Shown: in pieces, positions 40,366 to 53,740 of the stretch | How the letters are laid out: the number at the start of each line of letters is the position of its first letter | How positions within the stretch are numbered: the first letter of the stretch is position 1 | Assembly: GCF_963921235.1 (NCBI RefSeq) | Contig: NC_086108.1 | Span: 13,640,001 to 13,704,000, forward strand | DNA from: Mobula hypostoma | Taxonomy: Eukaryota | DNA length: 64,000 nucleotides | Direction: 5' to 3' | Notes under the pieces: generated by a model | Seen by the model: the letters and a program-made list of their open reading frames with translations, nothing else | Databases searched by the model: none | Told to the model about the DNA's origin: nothing | Position numbers and translations under genes: made by a program

Positions 40366-41358
40366 ATAAGCAGGAGGAGAAGATGATGGCGCAACAGCAG
40401 CGCGCACGGCCTCTCCGGTGAATGATATCTATAATCTGTCAAGTAGGGGGCCGTGCACAATTCTGATTTGATGGAGACAGGCGTGAGAGTGCAGAGGAAC
40501 ATCTAGAGAAACTTCTGAAATGCCCGCTTCACTACCGCTGCTACTGTGTGGTAACCGGAATCTCCAGAGCAGAAGGTCCGAATCCTCGGCTTTGCTTGTT
40601 TCAGTGATCGGGGCGAGGTCGAAGGCACTTGGGAGGCTGTATCGGAGGGGCTGGTCGGAGGCTCAAAGTTTTCCGATGGACGGACTCAGTGTCGGCTGTG
40701 GTCGGCTGCTTCCAAGGCATTGGCAAGTTGACGGTGCCTGGAAGTTTATGGCAGGGAGTTTCTCCTTTTTGCCGCCTGCTATCGGGGACTCAGGAGTCAA
40801 TCGACTTGGGGACTTGAGACTTTTTTTTTTACCGTGCCCATGATTTGTGCCTTTAATGATACATGGACTTCACGTCATTCTGCCAAATCACAAATCCTAA
40901 ATCTACATTTCAAGACAGTAAAGTAACATGCCTGAAGTGAAAATAATATTCATCTAAAGACCAAAAGCCATCAAAATTTGTTTCACAGTGCAATTCAGTC
41001 ACATTTTAATGGAACATGTCACTTGCAAAACACCAACAAATCTTTATCACTTTCTCAGCAATAATATTAAATTGAAGAACTTCTGTATTCATCTTTAAAA
41101 ACTGTGGGTATTTAACGGGAAATTTGCTGATAAACCTCTGAAAAATCATGTTTTTGAAATACCAATATATGTGAAGTGTCATTTAGGTTTCATTCCTGTA
41201 ATTCCTTTACGATTATTACTGGCCAACAAGCATAGCAGGTTTGAAGAGATTATTTTCCCCATTCAATTTCCTATTTCACTTTTAGATCTACTCAGAAAAA
41301 CCTGAAGAGATTGGTGTCCACGACAGATTTTGAAAGTTACTTAATGCCATGTACTTAC

Positions 41359-41418
41359 CAGAAACTGTGACCACATTTTGTCATATGTGCCTCTTCAATC
41401 ATCTCAAAACAGATAGGG
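41359..41418 (-). CDS. COP1: COP1/RFWD2 internal exon (human exon 2 equivalent), 60 bp, first half of the RING finger
   Basis: Reverse complement translates (C)[19 protein letters not shown](C), matching COP1 [25 protein letters not shown]; cag acceptor and gtaag donor. Confidence 0.96.
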
Positions 41419-42367
41419 CTGTGAAGGATGAAATAAATAGAAACTTTTATTATACATTGTCTCAACAGGAACATGGGCTAACAGTTCATTAACTATTTGA
41501 ATAGCAAAACTATGAGGATTGATCAATGGTAAGTGGCATTTTCTGTACATGAGCCAGGGAAGAAATAGTCAGGTTCATATCTGATTATTTCACCATGGAG
41601 CATGTGGAAATAGCCAGTGTCACTTTCAAGTTGCTCAGTGGTCACTGACATAAGCATTGCAGGTTTATATGGAAACAAAGCAGGTGAATTCTGATGAAAA
41701 AGAAATCCTGCCAAGTATACCAAATGAAACATTAGATTATTAACTAAACTCAGTATAGCAAATCTCTGAACAAGAATGACACCTAAAAGCCGCTTGGGAA
41801 ACCAGGAACCCTCAAATTACTTACAGGTTGTTCCCTGTCAAAATACACACCCCTTTTTACAAGTGAGCACAAGACAATATTGTCAGAAAATTGAAAAAAA
41901 AAGAAACACAGCGAAGAAACTTGATAAAACATGCATGGAACTGTATGTAATAAATTATATCAAATGCACTCAAGACAGAAAGAAAAACAAAGTGGAAAGG
42001 GAGGGGAAATTATTTCTGCCATTCTTAAGAATGAACATATGTACATAAATCGGGCTTTTGAATTTAACATCATGAGGGGAGATCATTTGTATGCAGGTGT
42101 ATCCATAACCTGGGGATACACTGTAAAGGCAACGGACCACAAACATATATGCACTAATTACAAAGCAAAGCCAAATGACACATCAAATCATAACAGGATG
42201 CCTACAGACCAAGTCCGTGTCATATTCAGCACCATACTCTGCAACATGAACAAAGTAGCAAGTACTAATGACCAACTTGCACAAGGAAAAGCCATCTTCA
42301 ACAGGAGTACAAGCAGTACAACTTCACTCAGAGCACTAACCTTTTCCCCCTTGCATAATATCTACAA

Positions 42368-43314
42368 GCAACACACATCAAAGTTGCTGGTGAACGCAGC
42401 AGGCCAGGCAGCATCTATAGGAAGAGGTGCAGTCGACGTTTCAGGCCGAGACCCTTCGTCAGGACTAACTGAAGGAAGAGTGAGTAAGGGATTTGAAAGC
42501 TGGAGGGGGAGGGGGAGATGCAAAATGATAGGAGAAGACAGGAGGGGGAGGGATGGAGTCGAGAGCTGGACAGGTGATAGGCAGAAGGGGATACGAGAGG
42601 ATCATGGGACAGGAGGTCCGGGAAGAAAGACGGGGGGGGGGGTTGACCCAGAGGATGGGCAAGAGGTATATTCAGAGGGACAGAGGGAGAAAAAGGAGAG
42701 TGAGAGAAAGAATGTGTGCATAAAAAAGAGTAACAGATGGGGTACGAGGGGGAGGTGGGGCCTAGCGGAAGTTAGAGAAGTCAATGTTCATGCCATCAGG
42801 TTGGAGGCTACCCAGACGGAATATAAGGTGTTGTTCCTCCAACCTGAGTGTGGCTTCATCTTTACAGTAGAGGAGGCCGTGGATAGACATGTCAGAATGG
42901 GAATGGGATGTGGAATTAAAATGTGTGGCCACTGGGAGATCCTGCTTTCTCTGGCGGACAGAGCGTAGATGTTCAGCAAAGCGGTCTCCCAGCCTGCGTC
43001 GGGTCTCGCCAATATATAAAAGGCCACATCGGGAGCACCGGACGCAGTATATCACCCCAGTCGACTCACAGGTGAAGTGTTGCCTCACCTGGAAGGACTG
43101 TTTGGGGCCCTGAATGGTGGTAAGGGAGGAAGTGTAAGGGCATGTGTAGCACTTGTTCCGCTTACACGGATAAGTGCCAGGAAGGAGATCAGTGGGGAGG
43201 GATGGGGGGGACGAATGGACAAGGGAGTTGTGTAGGGAGCGATCCCTGCGGAATGCAGAGAGAGGGGGGGAGGGAAAGATATGCTTAGTGGTGGGATCCC
43301 GTTGGAGGTGGCGG
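42368..43314 (-). mobile_element. Penelope-like element 3: simple 5'-truncated copy (GIY-YIG + terminal repeat), 11-bp TSD
   Basis: TSD aatatctacaa at 42357-42367 and 43315-43325; ORF 42762..43088 is nearly identical to 2016..2342. Confidence 0.93.
42431..42466 (-). ncRNA. Minimal hammerhead ribozyme motif (COP1-sense)
   Basis: Same 36-nt motif, core intact. Confidence 0.85.
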
Positions 43315-45147
43315 AATATCTACAACACCAGAATCAGCCAGGCTACCCACTTGCAGGAGGAATGAAAAAGCTTTAGCAGCAAAGCTATTGAAAATAATCA
43401 GTGAGTAACTACCACCCACACCCCTGCACAATCTGGTTTCAATTACCAAAGAAAAACACAGCACAGCCTGAATTGTATGAGAGCTGAATTCCACAGATAC
43501 AAGTTTTTCACAAAAACATGGGGCCCATACACAACTAACCTGATAGGAGAAACATACAAGTAAAGCACAGGAAAGGCACTTTGGCTCACTATGCTGTGCT
43601 AACCTAATTAAACCAGTGACTCCAAATTCATCTAATCTCCTTGTCCTGCACAATGACCTCCCTTCTCTGAACATTCATGACGCTATGTAACAGCATCTCA
43701 AACATTAACTGCCTCTACCACCACCTGTGGCAGTACATTCAAAGCCCCAACCACTGTGTAAAGTAATTGTCCAGTACATCTCTTTCATACTTTCCCCTTC
43801 CCAAATTTATATACATGCTCACCACAGTTCCCTTGGAGACACTGGATTGCGTAGCAGGACTGAGGTTTCAATGAGGGCAGTCGGGATATTCTGCACACCA
43901 CAGCTTCCTTGGAGATGATGGATTGTGCATTACTAGGCACTTGGCAAGGGCCAATAAAAAGGTACGAATTAAGTGGAGGGGCCATTATGAGTGGGCAATG
44001 TTACAGCGTAGAGCTGAGCCTTTGGTTCGTCTAAGTTTTGGAAAGGACAGGTATAGGCCATAGGTAATTTTTTTTGTTACTTATTCTTTCTTTATTATTG
44101 CACATTTAGATCAGTAAGGATGCCAGGCAGGATAATGGAATGTTCCTGTTGCGCAATGTAGGAAGGCAGGGAGACCGCCAGTGTCCCTGACACATAGACC
44201 TGCAAGAAGTGTATCCAGCTGCAGCTACTAACAGACCACGTTAAGGAGTTGGAGCTGGAACTGGATGAACTCAAGATTATTTGGGAGTTGAGGGGTTGAG
44301 AGGCAGGACATACAGAGAGGTAGTTACATTCAAGGTGCAGGTCAAGGGTAACTGGGTGCCCGTCATAAGGGGGAAAGGGATATGCATCTAGTGCGGAGTA
44401 CCCCTGTGGTCATTCCCCTCAAGAACTGGATACTGTTCGGGGGATGACCTAGCAGAATAAAGCCACAATGGTCAGGTCTCTGGGATTGAGTCAGGCTCTG
44501 TGGCTTAGAAGGGAAAGGGGGAGAAGAGGAGAGTTGTAGTGACAGGAGATTAGTTACTTAGGGAAACAAAAAGTAGGTTCTGAGGATGAGAATGAGATTC
44601 CCAGATGGTACATCGCCTCCTGGGTGCCAGGATCAGGATTTTGGATTGAGTGCACAACATTCTTAAGTAGGAGGGTGAGCAGAGGTCATGGTCCATGTGG
44701 GGACGAGGGGTGACAAAAACCTGCAAAGTGAGTTTAGGGAGTAAGTGCCAAGTTAAAGGACAGGATCTCTAGGGTTGTGATCTGAGGATTGCTACCCATG
44801 CCACCTGCTAGTGAGGCCAGAAATAGGAAATACCGTTTAACGTGTGGCTAAGGAGGTGGTACACAAGAGAGGACTTCAGATTTTTGTATCATTGGGCTCT
44901 CTTCTATGGTAGGCGAGACTTGCAGCTCAACTGAAGGGGGGTTAATATCCAAGCAGGTAGGATTGCTAATACTGCACGGAGGATGTTTAAACTAGAGTTG
45001 CAGTGTGATGAGAACCAGAACAGGTAGTGGAGTGGTTGTGAAGAGAGATTTGTTAAGTCTACATACAAAGTCAGGAATCAAAAGGTTGAGCATGGTGGGA
45101 CTAATGTTTTGAGCTGCACATATTTAAATGCAATGAGTATTGTAGGA

Positions 45148-45556
45148 TTGTCACCTTGTCATGATGGAGGAGCCTGTGTGGTCCTGTGATCCCGAGAGCA
45201 ATGCCATCTGGAGCTGTGCTCCTGGTGGGGTCACCCATGGCAGTGAGGTCGAGGGTAAGCTCCCTGAAAGAACAATCCAACCAAGACCTCAATGGTGGAA
45301 CAGGCGGACGAAGTTACTTCAAACTCAACGGCTGCGAAGGCGGATGAAGGCTGCAACAAATCCATCAGCTCCAATCATCATGGTTTCCATGCCATTGGAA
45401 TCAGTTGGTTGATTTGTGAAGTATCGTGTGCCTCTTGAAGTGCAACATCAAGTACACATTAAACAAATATATGCACAGGCGTCTTCACTCTCCGCGGCAC
45501 TTCTTCAGAATGAAGACCATCATCCTCGACCTCGAGGGATAGCCACGACGACGACG
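45148..45556 (+). mobile_element. Short non-autonomous RTE-related retroposon with (ACG)n tail and 9-bp TSD
   Basis: TSD attgtagga at 45139-45147 and 45557-45565; RTE-like 5' end gtcaccttgtcatgatggaggagc; 3' end shared with the LINE at 49446-49749. Confidence 0.75.
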
Positions 45557-45897
45557 ATTGTAGGAAGGGCGGATGAGCTTGAGGCATGAATTAGCATGTA
45601 CAAACGTTTGTAGAATTAGGTCACTGTCATGAGTGAGACTTGGTTGCAGAGGAGGCAAGACTGGCTGCTCAGTGTCTGGGGTTCTAGTCTTTAAGACATG
45701 ATAAGCAGGAGGGATTAGAGGTAAGGGGTGGCATTACTAGTCAGGGAAAATGTCACTGCACTGCTCAATCAGGACAAACTGGAGAGCTTGTCTGGTGAGG
45801 CTTTATGAGTAGAACTGATGTTGAAGAAAGATATGACCATGTTAATGGAATTATACTACAGACCACCCACACAGTGCGGGATCTCAAACTGTTGAAA

Positions 45898-45920
45898 GAA
45901 ACACAAGGTTTTGATAGCAG

Positions 45921-45966
<46 letters not shown>

Positions 45967-46445
45967 GCTGGAGGAACTCAACAGGTCAGCCAGTATTTAT
46001 GGAAATGAATAAACAGTTGATGTTTTGGGCCAAGACCCCTCTTCAGGAATAGAAAAGAAGGGAGAAAACACTGGAATAAAATGGTAGGGGAGGGGAAGGA
46101 GAAGGAGAAGGAAGATAGCTAGAAGGTATAACTAGGATAGATAGATAGGTGAAACCAGGTGAGTAGGAAAGCCAAAGGGCTGGAGAGGAAGGAACCTGAC
46201 AGGAGACGAGAGTGGACCACAGGAAGAAGGGGACCTAAAGGGAGGTGATAGGCAGATGAGAAGAGTTAAGAGGCTAGAGTTGGTAAGACAAGAACGGGGA
46301 GGGGAGGAGAAGTTGTTTTTTTTAAAACCAGAAGGCAACATTGACATTCACACCATCAGCTTGGAGGCCACCCTGATGGAATACAGGGTGTTGCTCATCT
46401 ACTGAGGGTGGTCTCATCTTGACACAAGAGGCAGCCGTGGACCAA
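45898..46445 (-). mobile_element. Older diverged Penelope 3' end (GIY-YIG C-terminal remnant + terminal repeat) containing a (CA)n microsatellite at ~45926-45964
   Basis: EQHPVFHQGGLQADGVNVN resembles EQHLIFRLGSLQPDGMNID; decayed hammerhead at ~46015-46050. Confidence 0.75.
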
Positions 46446-47611
46446 TAGTAGGTAATTTTAACTTCCCGCATATTGACTGGGACTCCCATACTGCAAAAGA
46501 GCTGGATGGGAAAGTTTGTCAAATATGTTCAGGGAAGTTTCCTTCATCAGTACATAGAAATCCCAATTAGAGGGAGTGTGATGCTAGATCTCCTATTAGG
46601 GAATGAGACAGGGTAGGTGACAGAAGTTTGTATAGGGGAACAGCAATGAGGTCATGGACCATATACAGATTACAGAGGAAGTGTTTGCTGTCTTGAGGCA
46701 AATTAGGGTGGCAAATCCCCATGGCCTCCCACAGGACCCTATGGGAGGCTAGTACAGAAATTGCAAGGCCCCCAGCAGAGATATTTAAAATACCCTCAGC
46801 CATGGATGAGGTGCCCGAAGACTGGAAGGTAACTAAAGTTGCTCCGCTGTTTAAGAAAGGCTTTAAAAATAAGGCAGAAAACTACAGGCTGGTGAGCCTG
46901 ACATCAGTAGTCACTAAATTATTTGAAGATATTTAAATGGACCGAATAGATAAGTATTTGGATAGGCAGGGACTGATTAGGGAGTAAACATGGCATTGTG
47001 TGTTAGGTCATGTCTATCCAATGTTACAGAATTTTTCCAAGGAAGTTAACAGCAAAATTGATAAAGGCAAGGCAGCGGATATTGTCTACATAGACTTAGC
47101 AAGACCTTTGACAAGGTCCCACATGGGAGGTTAATCAAGAAAGTTCAATTGCTTGGCATTCAAGATGCAGTAGTAAATTGGATTAAATACTGACTTTGCG
47201 GGAGAAGCCAGTGAGTGGTAATAGACAGTTGCCTCTGACTGGAGACCTGTATTAGTGGAGTGCCACAGGGATCTGTGCTGGACCCGTTACTGTCATCTAC
47301 ATCAACAATCTGGATGATAACATGGTAAACTGGATCAGAAAATTTGCAGATGATACCAAGATTGGGGGGTGTAATGGACAGTGAGGAAGACTATCAAAGG
47401 TTGCACAGCATCTGGAACAGCTGGGGAAATGGACTGAAAAATGGCAGACAGAATTTAAAAGAGACAAGAGTGAGGTGTTGCACTTTGGGTAGGATTCACA
47501 TGGTGAATGACAGTGCCCTGAGGAGTGCAGTAAAACAGAGGGATCTGTAAATACAGATCTATAATTCCTTGAAAGTGGTGCCACATAGGATCATAAAGAA
47601 TTGAGTGCAGG

Positions 47612-48700
47612 TGTTAGGTTGTTGGGTGTTGGGGCACCCTTTGAGAGAAGGTTAGTGCAGTCTGATGTGACCAGAATGAACATTAAATTTTCCCAAATGC
47701 TATTGGTATCGCTTTGCTTTGGAAACTGAAGTAGAAAACCTCAGTTTATTAGAGAAGAACGACGCTTAGCATAGCAAATATAGCTGCTCCTCATTTAACG
47801 AAGGACACTTTTGATGGAATTATTTCTTGTTTATCCACCACCCTTGTAACTCCCGTTGTCATTCTGGAGACATGCAGCCCTTTCATCCCCCGTCTCTTCA
47901 TCTCTTCTGCTGTTTGTTGTTTGTCTCTGATCCTGGAGACGTACATGCCTCTCCTCCTCTGTCTCTTCTTCTCTCATCTTTATTTGTCCTGACTCTTTCA
48001 TTCTGGAGTCGGGCAGCCCTGGCCTCATCCGATTCTTGTTCTCTCCCTCTCCTTGCAGCTTCCCGATGACGTTTGGCGTCATCTCTTGACCACAATGACC
48101 CCTTCCCGTTCCACGCAAGAGAATTAGGCTGACCATTTTTTTTACCCTAATGCTGGATAGAAGATACGATGCAGTAACACCAAAGGATGCTGATTATTCT
48201 TGATGATGTGGTTGGCACTCTCCTAAATGGACGTGATATAGTCACCGCTGTCCTTTGACTGCAGCAAAGGGTCTTATGGGTGTCTCAAAGTACGTCATTA
48301 CAATAAGATTTAATTGTCCCTTATTGATGGGTGGCAGTTAGATCTGTCCCAATCCTGCACATGCTGATGGTGGGGATTAGCAGAATGTGACCCCGCGAAA
48401 TAGAGCTGCCCTGCCCTTTTGCTCCAGTAGGTGTCGCTGCTGAAACTGGCCGTGCGCACGCATTGGGCTGTCGTGTCTCGATTTCCATGATGGCCGATCG
48501 GGTCTCAGGTTAAAAGGGAGCCTGTTTATTTTGGCGAATGAGCAATTTTATACGAATATATAACTCTGAACATTGCCTGCATTCTGTAAGTTAGCGCATT
48601 TTAATTCGATTTAGCCAAAAAAAGTGCCGCTGTAATGCACCGTTTGCGCTAATTGGAGGTCACAAACAGACAGACAGAGCATGAGAGTTTTAGTAGTATA
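47612..48700 (-). mobile_element. Probable internally deleted Helitron
   Basis: Minus-strand 5' end tatactactaaaactctc...(tgtc)n; internal ET.EER..RLQ repeats like Helitron N-terminal STPR repeats; interrupts CR1 with no evident TSD; canonical CTRR 3' end not seen. Confidence 0.55.
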
Positions 48701-49445
48701 TGGAAGTTGAAGTTGTATAAGACATTGGCAAGGCCTAATTTGGAGTTTTGGTCACCTACCTATGGAAGAGATGTCAATAAAGTTGAAAAGAGTACAGACA
48801 AAATTTATAAGGATGTTCAAGCACTTGAGGACCCAAACTATAGGGATGAGTTGAAGAAGACTTTATTTCCTAGATCATAGCAGAATGAGGAGAGATTTGA
48901 TAGAGGTATGCAAAATTATGAGGTAGATTGATAGGGTAAATGCAAGCAGGCTTTTTCCACTGAGGTTGGGAAAGACAACTAGAGGTCATGGGTTAAGGGT
49001 GAAAGGTGAAATGTTTAAGGTGAACATGAAGGAGATCTCCTCCACTCAAGAGGGTGATGAGAGTGTGGAATGAGCTGCCAGCAGATGTGATGGATGCAGG
49101 CTTGATTCAACATTTCTCTTAAATTTGGGTAGGTACACAGATGGGAGGGGTATGGAGGGCTATAATCCAAGAACAGATCAATGGGACTAGGCAGATTAAT
49201 AGTTCAGCATGGACTGAATGGGTCAAAGGGCTTGCTTCTGTGCTGCAGTGTTCTATGACTCAATGACATGCCCTCTAATACTTGCTGTTTCAATCCTGGG
49301 AAGAAAAGACACTGGCTCTCTGCACTTCTCATTATCTTTATAAACTTTAATCAAATCTCCCCTCATTCTCTGCTACTCTACAGAAAATAGTCACAGCTTG
49401 CCCAACCTCACCTCACAGCACATCCTCCAAACCAGGTAATATCCT

Positions 49446-49749
49446 AGTCGTCGTCGTGGCTATCCCTCAAGGTTGAGGATGATGCTCTCAAGTGGCTTAT
49501 GAATCCAATCTTGGCTTTGAAAGTTCTTCCGCATTCAGGACAGGTAGTTCCAGATGGCAGATCGAGCTTTGGTTGTTGCTGCCTCTCTTGCCATTTTCTT
49601 CTCTTTTCTTCTAATTCTGCACATCTGTTGGCTTCGAAAGTTGCTGTTCCTTCTCGGATGATAGCTTGCCAGAGTTTCCTGTCCTTGGCATTGGTTTCCC
49701 AATTGTTGATGTTGATGTTACATTTCTTCATGTTCGCTCTTAAGACGTC
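49446..49749 (-). mobile_element. RTE-clade LINE 3' end with C-terminal C2H2-like finger and 8-bp TSD
   Basis: TSD aatatcct at 49438-49445 and 49750-49757; NWETNAKDRKLWQ...CPECGRTFKAKIGFISHLR; (ACG)n tail. Confidence 0.8.
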
Positions 49750-50574
49750 AATATCCTGGTAAACCACCTCAGCATGCTGTTCATCGCCTCCACGTCCTTA
49801 TAATGAGGCAAGCAGAACTGAACACAATACTCTAAATGTGGCCTGACCACGTTTATAAAGCTGTACATAACTAGCTGACTCTCATACTCAACATCTCAAC
49901 CAATGAAGGCAATCATGACATTTGCCTTCTTTACCCCTTATCAGGTTTGTGACCACTTTCAGGGAATCATATATCTGGACCTCAATATCTCTAGTGCATC
50001 AACCCCGTTAAGATCTTACCACTAACAGTGTGAGTTACATTAATTGTGTCATCTCCTTACACTTGACCAAAGTGCAGCACCCGACACTTGACCTGATTAA
50101 ACTGTAAATGCCACTTCTCCACTCATAACTGTGACTGTCCTTTGGAGCTCTATACACTATTCACAACATCATCTTTGTCATCTGCAATGTACTGACACAT
50201 AACCACATTTTCGTCTAAATCATTTAAATATGAAAAACAGTGGCCCCAGTACCAATCACTCTGGAGCACTACCAGTCAAAGACCTCAATCCAGAATAAGA
50301 ACTATTTAGATGAAAATGTGGTTGTGTGTCAATATATTCTGCACAGAAGATAGAGGTCTTGCACTCTATCTTCTACAGGCAAGACAATTTCAGTTACACT
50401 GTTTCTGGATGAGCCTACTAAGCAAGACCTTGTTGAAAATGCTTAACCAAAATTCAGGTCTATAACATCCACTGCTCAGCCTTCAATCACCTTCAACACT
50501 TCCTCAAACAACTCATTCACTTTAGACAAAAAGGACTCCCTGCACAAAGCCTTGCTGACTATTCCTAAATAGAT

Positions 50575-51395
50575 ATTGATAACATCTCCTTGCTCAATCA
50601 AACAGGTACATCTCAAGGATGCATGTACAGCCCACTGTTGAGCTCTCTACACTCTTAACTGCATGGCTAGGCATAGTTCAAGCACAACCTATAAGTTTGC
50701 CGATTACACACTGTTGTACGCAGAATCTCAGATGGAACAAGATGAGACAAATCGGCTGAATGAATGGTGTCGCAAAAAGGAACTTAACAAAACTTAGTAA
50801 AAGAAAGACCACGAAATTGATTGTGGCCTTCAGGAAGAGGAACTTGAGAGAACAAATACCAGGCCACAATAAGGGGTCAATAGTGGACAAAAGTGTGCAG
50901 CTTCAAGTTCCTAGGCATCAACATGTCAGAGGACATATTGTGGGCCCAACAGATTGATGCAATCATGAAGGCAAGCCAGCAGCTATACTTCATTAGCAGG
51001 TTGAGGAGATTTGGTCTCAGCAAAGACTCAAGAAGATTTCTACAGATGTTCAGTGGAGAGTATTGTAACTGGCTGCATCACAGTCTGGTATGGAGGTTCC
51101 AATGTGTAGGACCAAAAGAAGCTGGAGAGGATTGTAGACTCAGCCAGTTCCATCACAGGCACAATCTGCCCAGCATCAAGGATAACTTCAAAAGACGATG
51201 CCTCAAGAAGGCAGCATTCATCATTAAGGACCCTCACCAATTGGAACATGCCTTCTTCTCATTACTATCATTCAGGAAGAGGTACAGAAGCTTGAAGACC
51301 CACTGAGAAGATTTTAGGAACAGCTTCTTCTCCTCCACCATCAGATTTATGAATCATTTATGATCATTACCTCGCTATTCCTCTTTTGCACCATC
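50575..51395 (+). mobile_element. Rex1/Babar-type LINE RT/3' fragment, decayed
   Basis: YKFAD, KTTKLIVAFRK, SFKFLGINMSED, QQLYFISRLRRFG, RYRSLKTH. Confidence 0.75.
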
Positions 51396-52424
51396 AGATT
51401 CAGGTTTGTTGTCACTGACATAACTCATGAAATTTGCTGTTTTGTGGTAGTAGGACATTACAGGCATAACAAATTGCTGCAAGTTATAATAAAAATAAAT
51501 AGTGTGGTAGAGGGATAGCAAGATAGTATCCACGGACCATTCAAGAGACTGATGGCAGAGGCAAGAAGCTGTTCCTAAAACACTGAGTTTGAGTCTTCAG
51601 GCTTCTTCACTCACTATAACAATGGATGCCACTTTTCTGAGGTACCGCCTTTGGAAGATGTCCTCGATGCTGGAAGGCTAGTGCCCATGATGGAGCTGTC
51701 TGAGTTTGCAACTTTCTGCAGCTTTTTCTGAGCCTATGTATTGCCACCTCCATATCAGATGGTAACGCAACCAGTCAGAATGCTCTCCACAGTACACTTG
51801 CAGAAATTTGCTAGAATCTTTGGTGATACACTAAATAGACCATAAGACATAGGAGCAGAATGAGGCCATTCAGCCAATCGATTCTGCTCCACCATTCCAT
51901 CATGGCTGATTTATTATCCCTTTCAACCCCTTTCTCTTGCTTCTCCCAATAATCTTTGACACTCTTACTAATCAAGAACCTATTAATTTCTGCTTTCAAT
52001 ATACCCAATGACTTGACCTCCACAGCTGTCCATGGCAATGAATTCCACAGATTCACCATCCTCTGGCTAAAGAAATCGAAAGGGGTGTCCTTGTATTTTG
52101 GGACCATGCCCTCTGATCCTACACTCCCACTATTGGAAATAATCTCTCCACATTTGCTAATGTAGGACTTTCAGTATTCAATGGGTTTCAATGAAATCCT
52201 CCAATTCTTCCACTAAGTACACAGGCACAGAGCTCTCCGAAACTGCTAATGAAGTAAAGCCACTGGCGAGCTTTCATCGCGATTGTATCAACATGGAGGG
52301 CACATATTTATTATTTATTTTAATTACTATTTACCATTTCTTGTAACATAATAATCTTTATGTCTTGCGCTGTACTGCTGCCACAAAACAATATTATATA
52401 CAGTATGCCAGTGATAATAGACCC

Positions 52425-53740
52425 GATTCCGATTCTTCTCCAAATGTTCACAAGTCCTACTCCTAAGAATCCTCTCAAATAACTTCCCTGCCAGTGATGT
52501 GAAATTCACTAGTCTACAATTACCAGGATTATCCCTGTTTCTCTTCTTGAATACAGGAACAACGAGCTACCCAACAGTCCTCTACACACCTGTGACTTAT
52601 GAAGATGCAATGATCTTGGTCAAGGATCCAGCAATTTCATTTCTTACCTCTCTCATTTCCCTGGGGTATATCCCATCAAGCCTTAAGAACTTCATGTTAC
52701 CACTTCCTACCTAATCTCAAAATGCCCTAGCATCTTAGCATGCTCCATTATGGTCTCACTATTTGCTACATCCTTCTCGGTAACCTAAAATGTAAAGTAC
52801 TAATTTAGGATTTCATTCATATCCTTCACCTCTAAGCATGTTACTCCTTTATCCTTGACTGGTCCTAACCTCTTGATCTTGATGTATCCGTAGAATGCCT
52901 TGGGATGTAATGTAATCCTACTTGCCAAGGACTTTTCGTGACCCCTTCTAGCTCTCTTGAGTTCCCTTCTGGCTCCTTTATAGTGCTCAAGCATCCTGCT
53001 TCATTCCAGATGCATAAGCCATACATATTCTTCCTTCTTATGAACTTAATTAACAAACTTTCTTATCATCCAAGGTTCCCGTACCTTGCCACTCGTGCCC
53101 TTCCTTCTTACTGGAACAAACTATTCTGAACTCTGTGCAGCGGTTTTTGAACAACCTCACATCAGTTGCAGATTTGCTCAAAAACAACTCTGCCCAATTA
53201 ACTCTCCCTGGGTCCTGGTTAATGTTATCCTAATTTGCTGCCTCCCAATTTAATACTTTTCTGCAAGGTTCATTCTTCTCCTTATTTGCAGCTACCTTAA
53301 AGCTTAAGCTGTGATCACTATTTCCCAAGTGTTCACCAACTGAGGGGTCAGTCACCTGGCCAAGAACATTCCCCAGTACAGCCTCTTCTTGAGATGGACT
53401 AGCCACATACTGCTTCAAGAAACTCTCTTGGACATGTTTAACAAGTTCTGCCCTATCCAAACTTTCTCCACTGAAGAGTTCCAGTCAACATTGTAGAAGT
53501 TGAAGTTATCCACAAATATTTTTGCTCCTCTACATAATCTGCTTGCATATCGGTCCTTCAGTGTCCCTATGACTATTTTGGGGTCAATAGTAAAATCCTA
53601 TTAACTTTATTATTTGAATTCTACCCATGTATTCAATGAGCCCCATCATTTCTTCCCCCAAGAGTGCAGCTCTGATGTTGCCCCTCACGAATAATGCAAC
53701 TCTTCCCCTTTATATCGCCCCATCTCTTCTAAAACATCAA
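52425..53740 (-). mobile_element. Decayed CR1 ORF2 fragment
   Basis: GEHLGNSDH, RRARRGHEKSLASRI..PKAFYGYIK, TSLAGKLFERILR. Confidence 0.7.

Larger units (their letters stand above)
43960..49265 (+). mobile_element. Long decayed CR1 LINE(s) carrying three nested insertions (RTE-derived element, old Penelope, probable Helitron)
   Basis: ORF1 Zn-finger/esterase remnants at 44120-44990; VPEDWKVTKVAPLFKKG..NYRLVSLTSVV; KFADDTK; 3' end resumes at 48701. Confidence 0.75.

Noticed and set aside
41931..42968. 345-aa plus-strand ORF
   Set aside because: Chimera of unique intron sequence and the antisense strand of Penelope element 3; no domain; antisense to COP1
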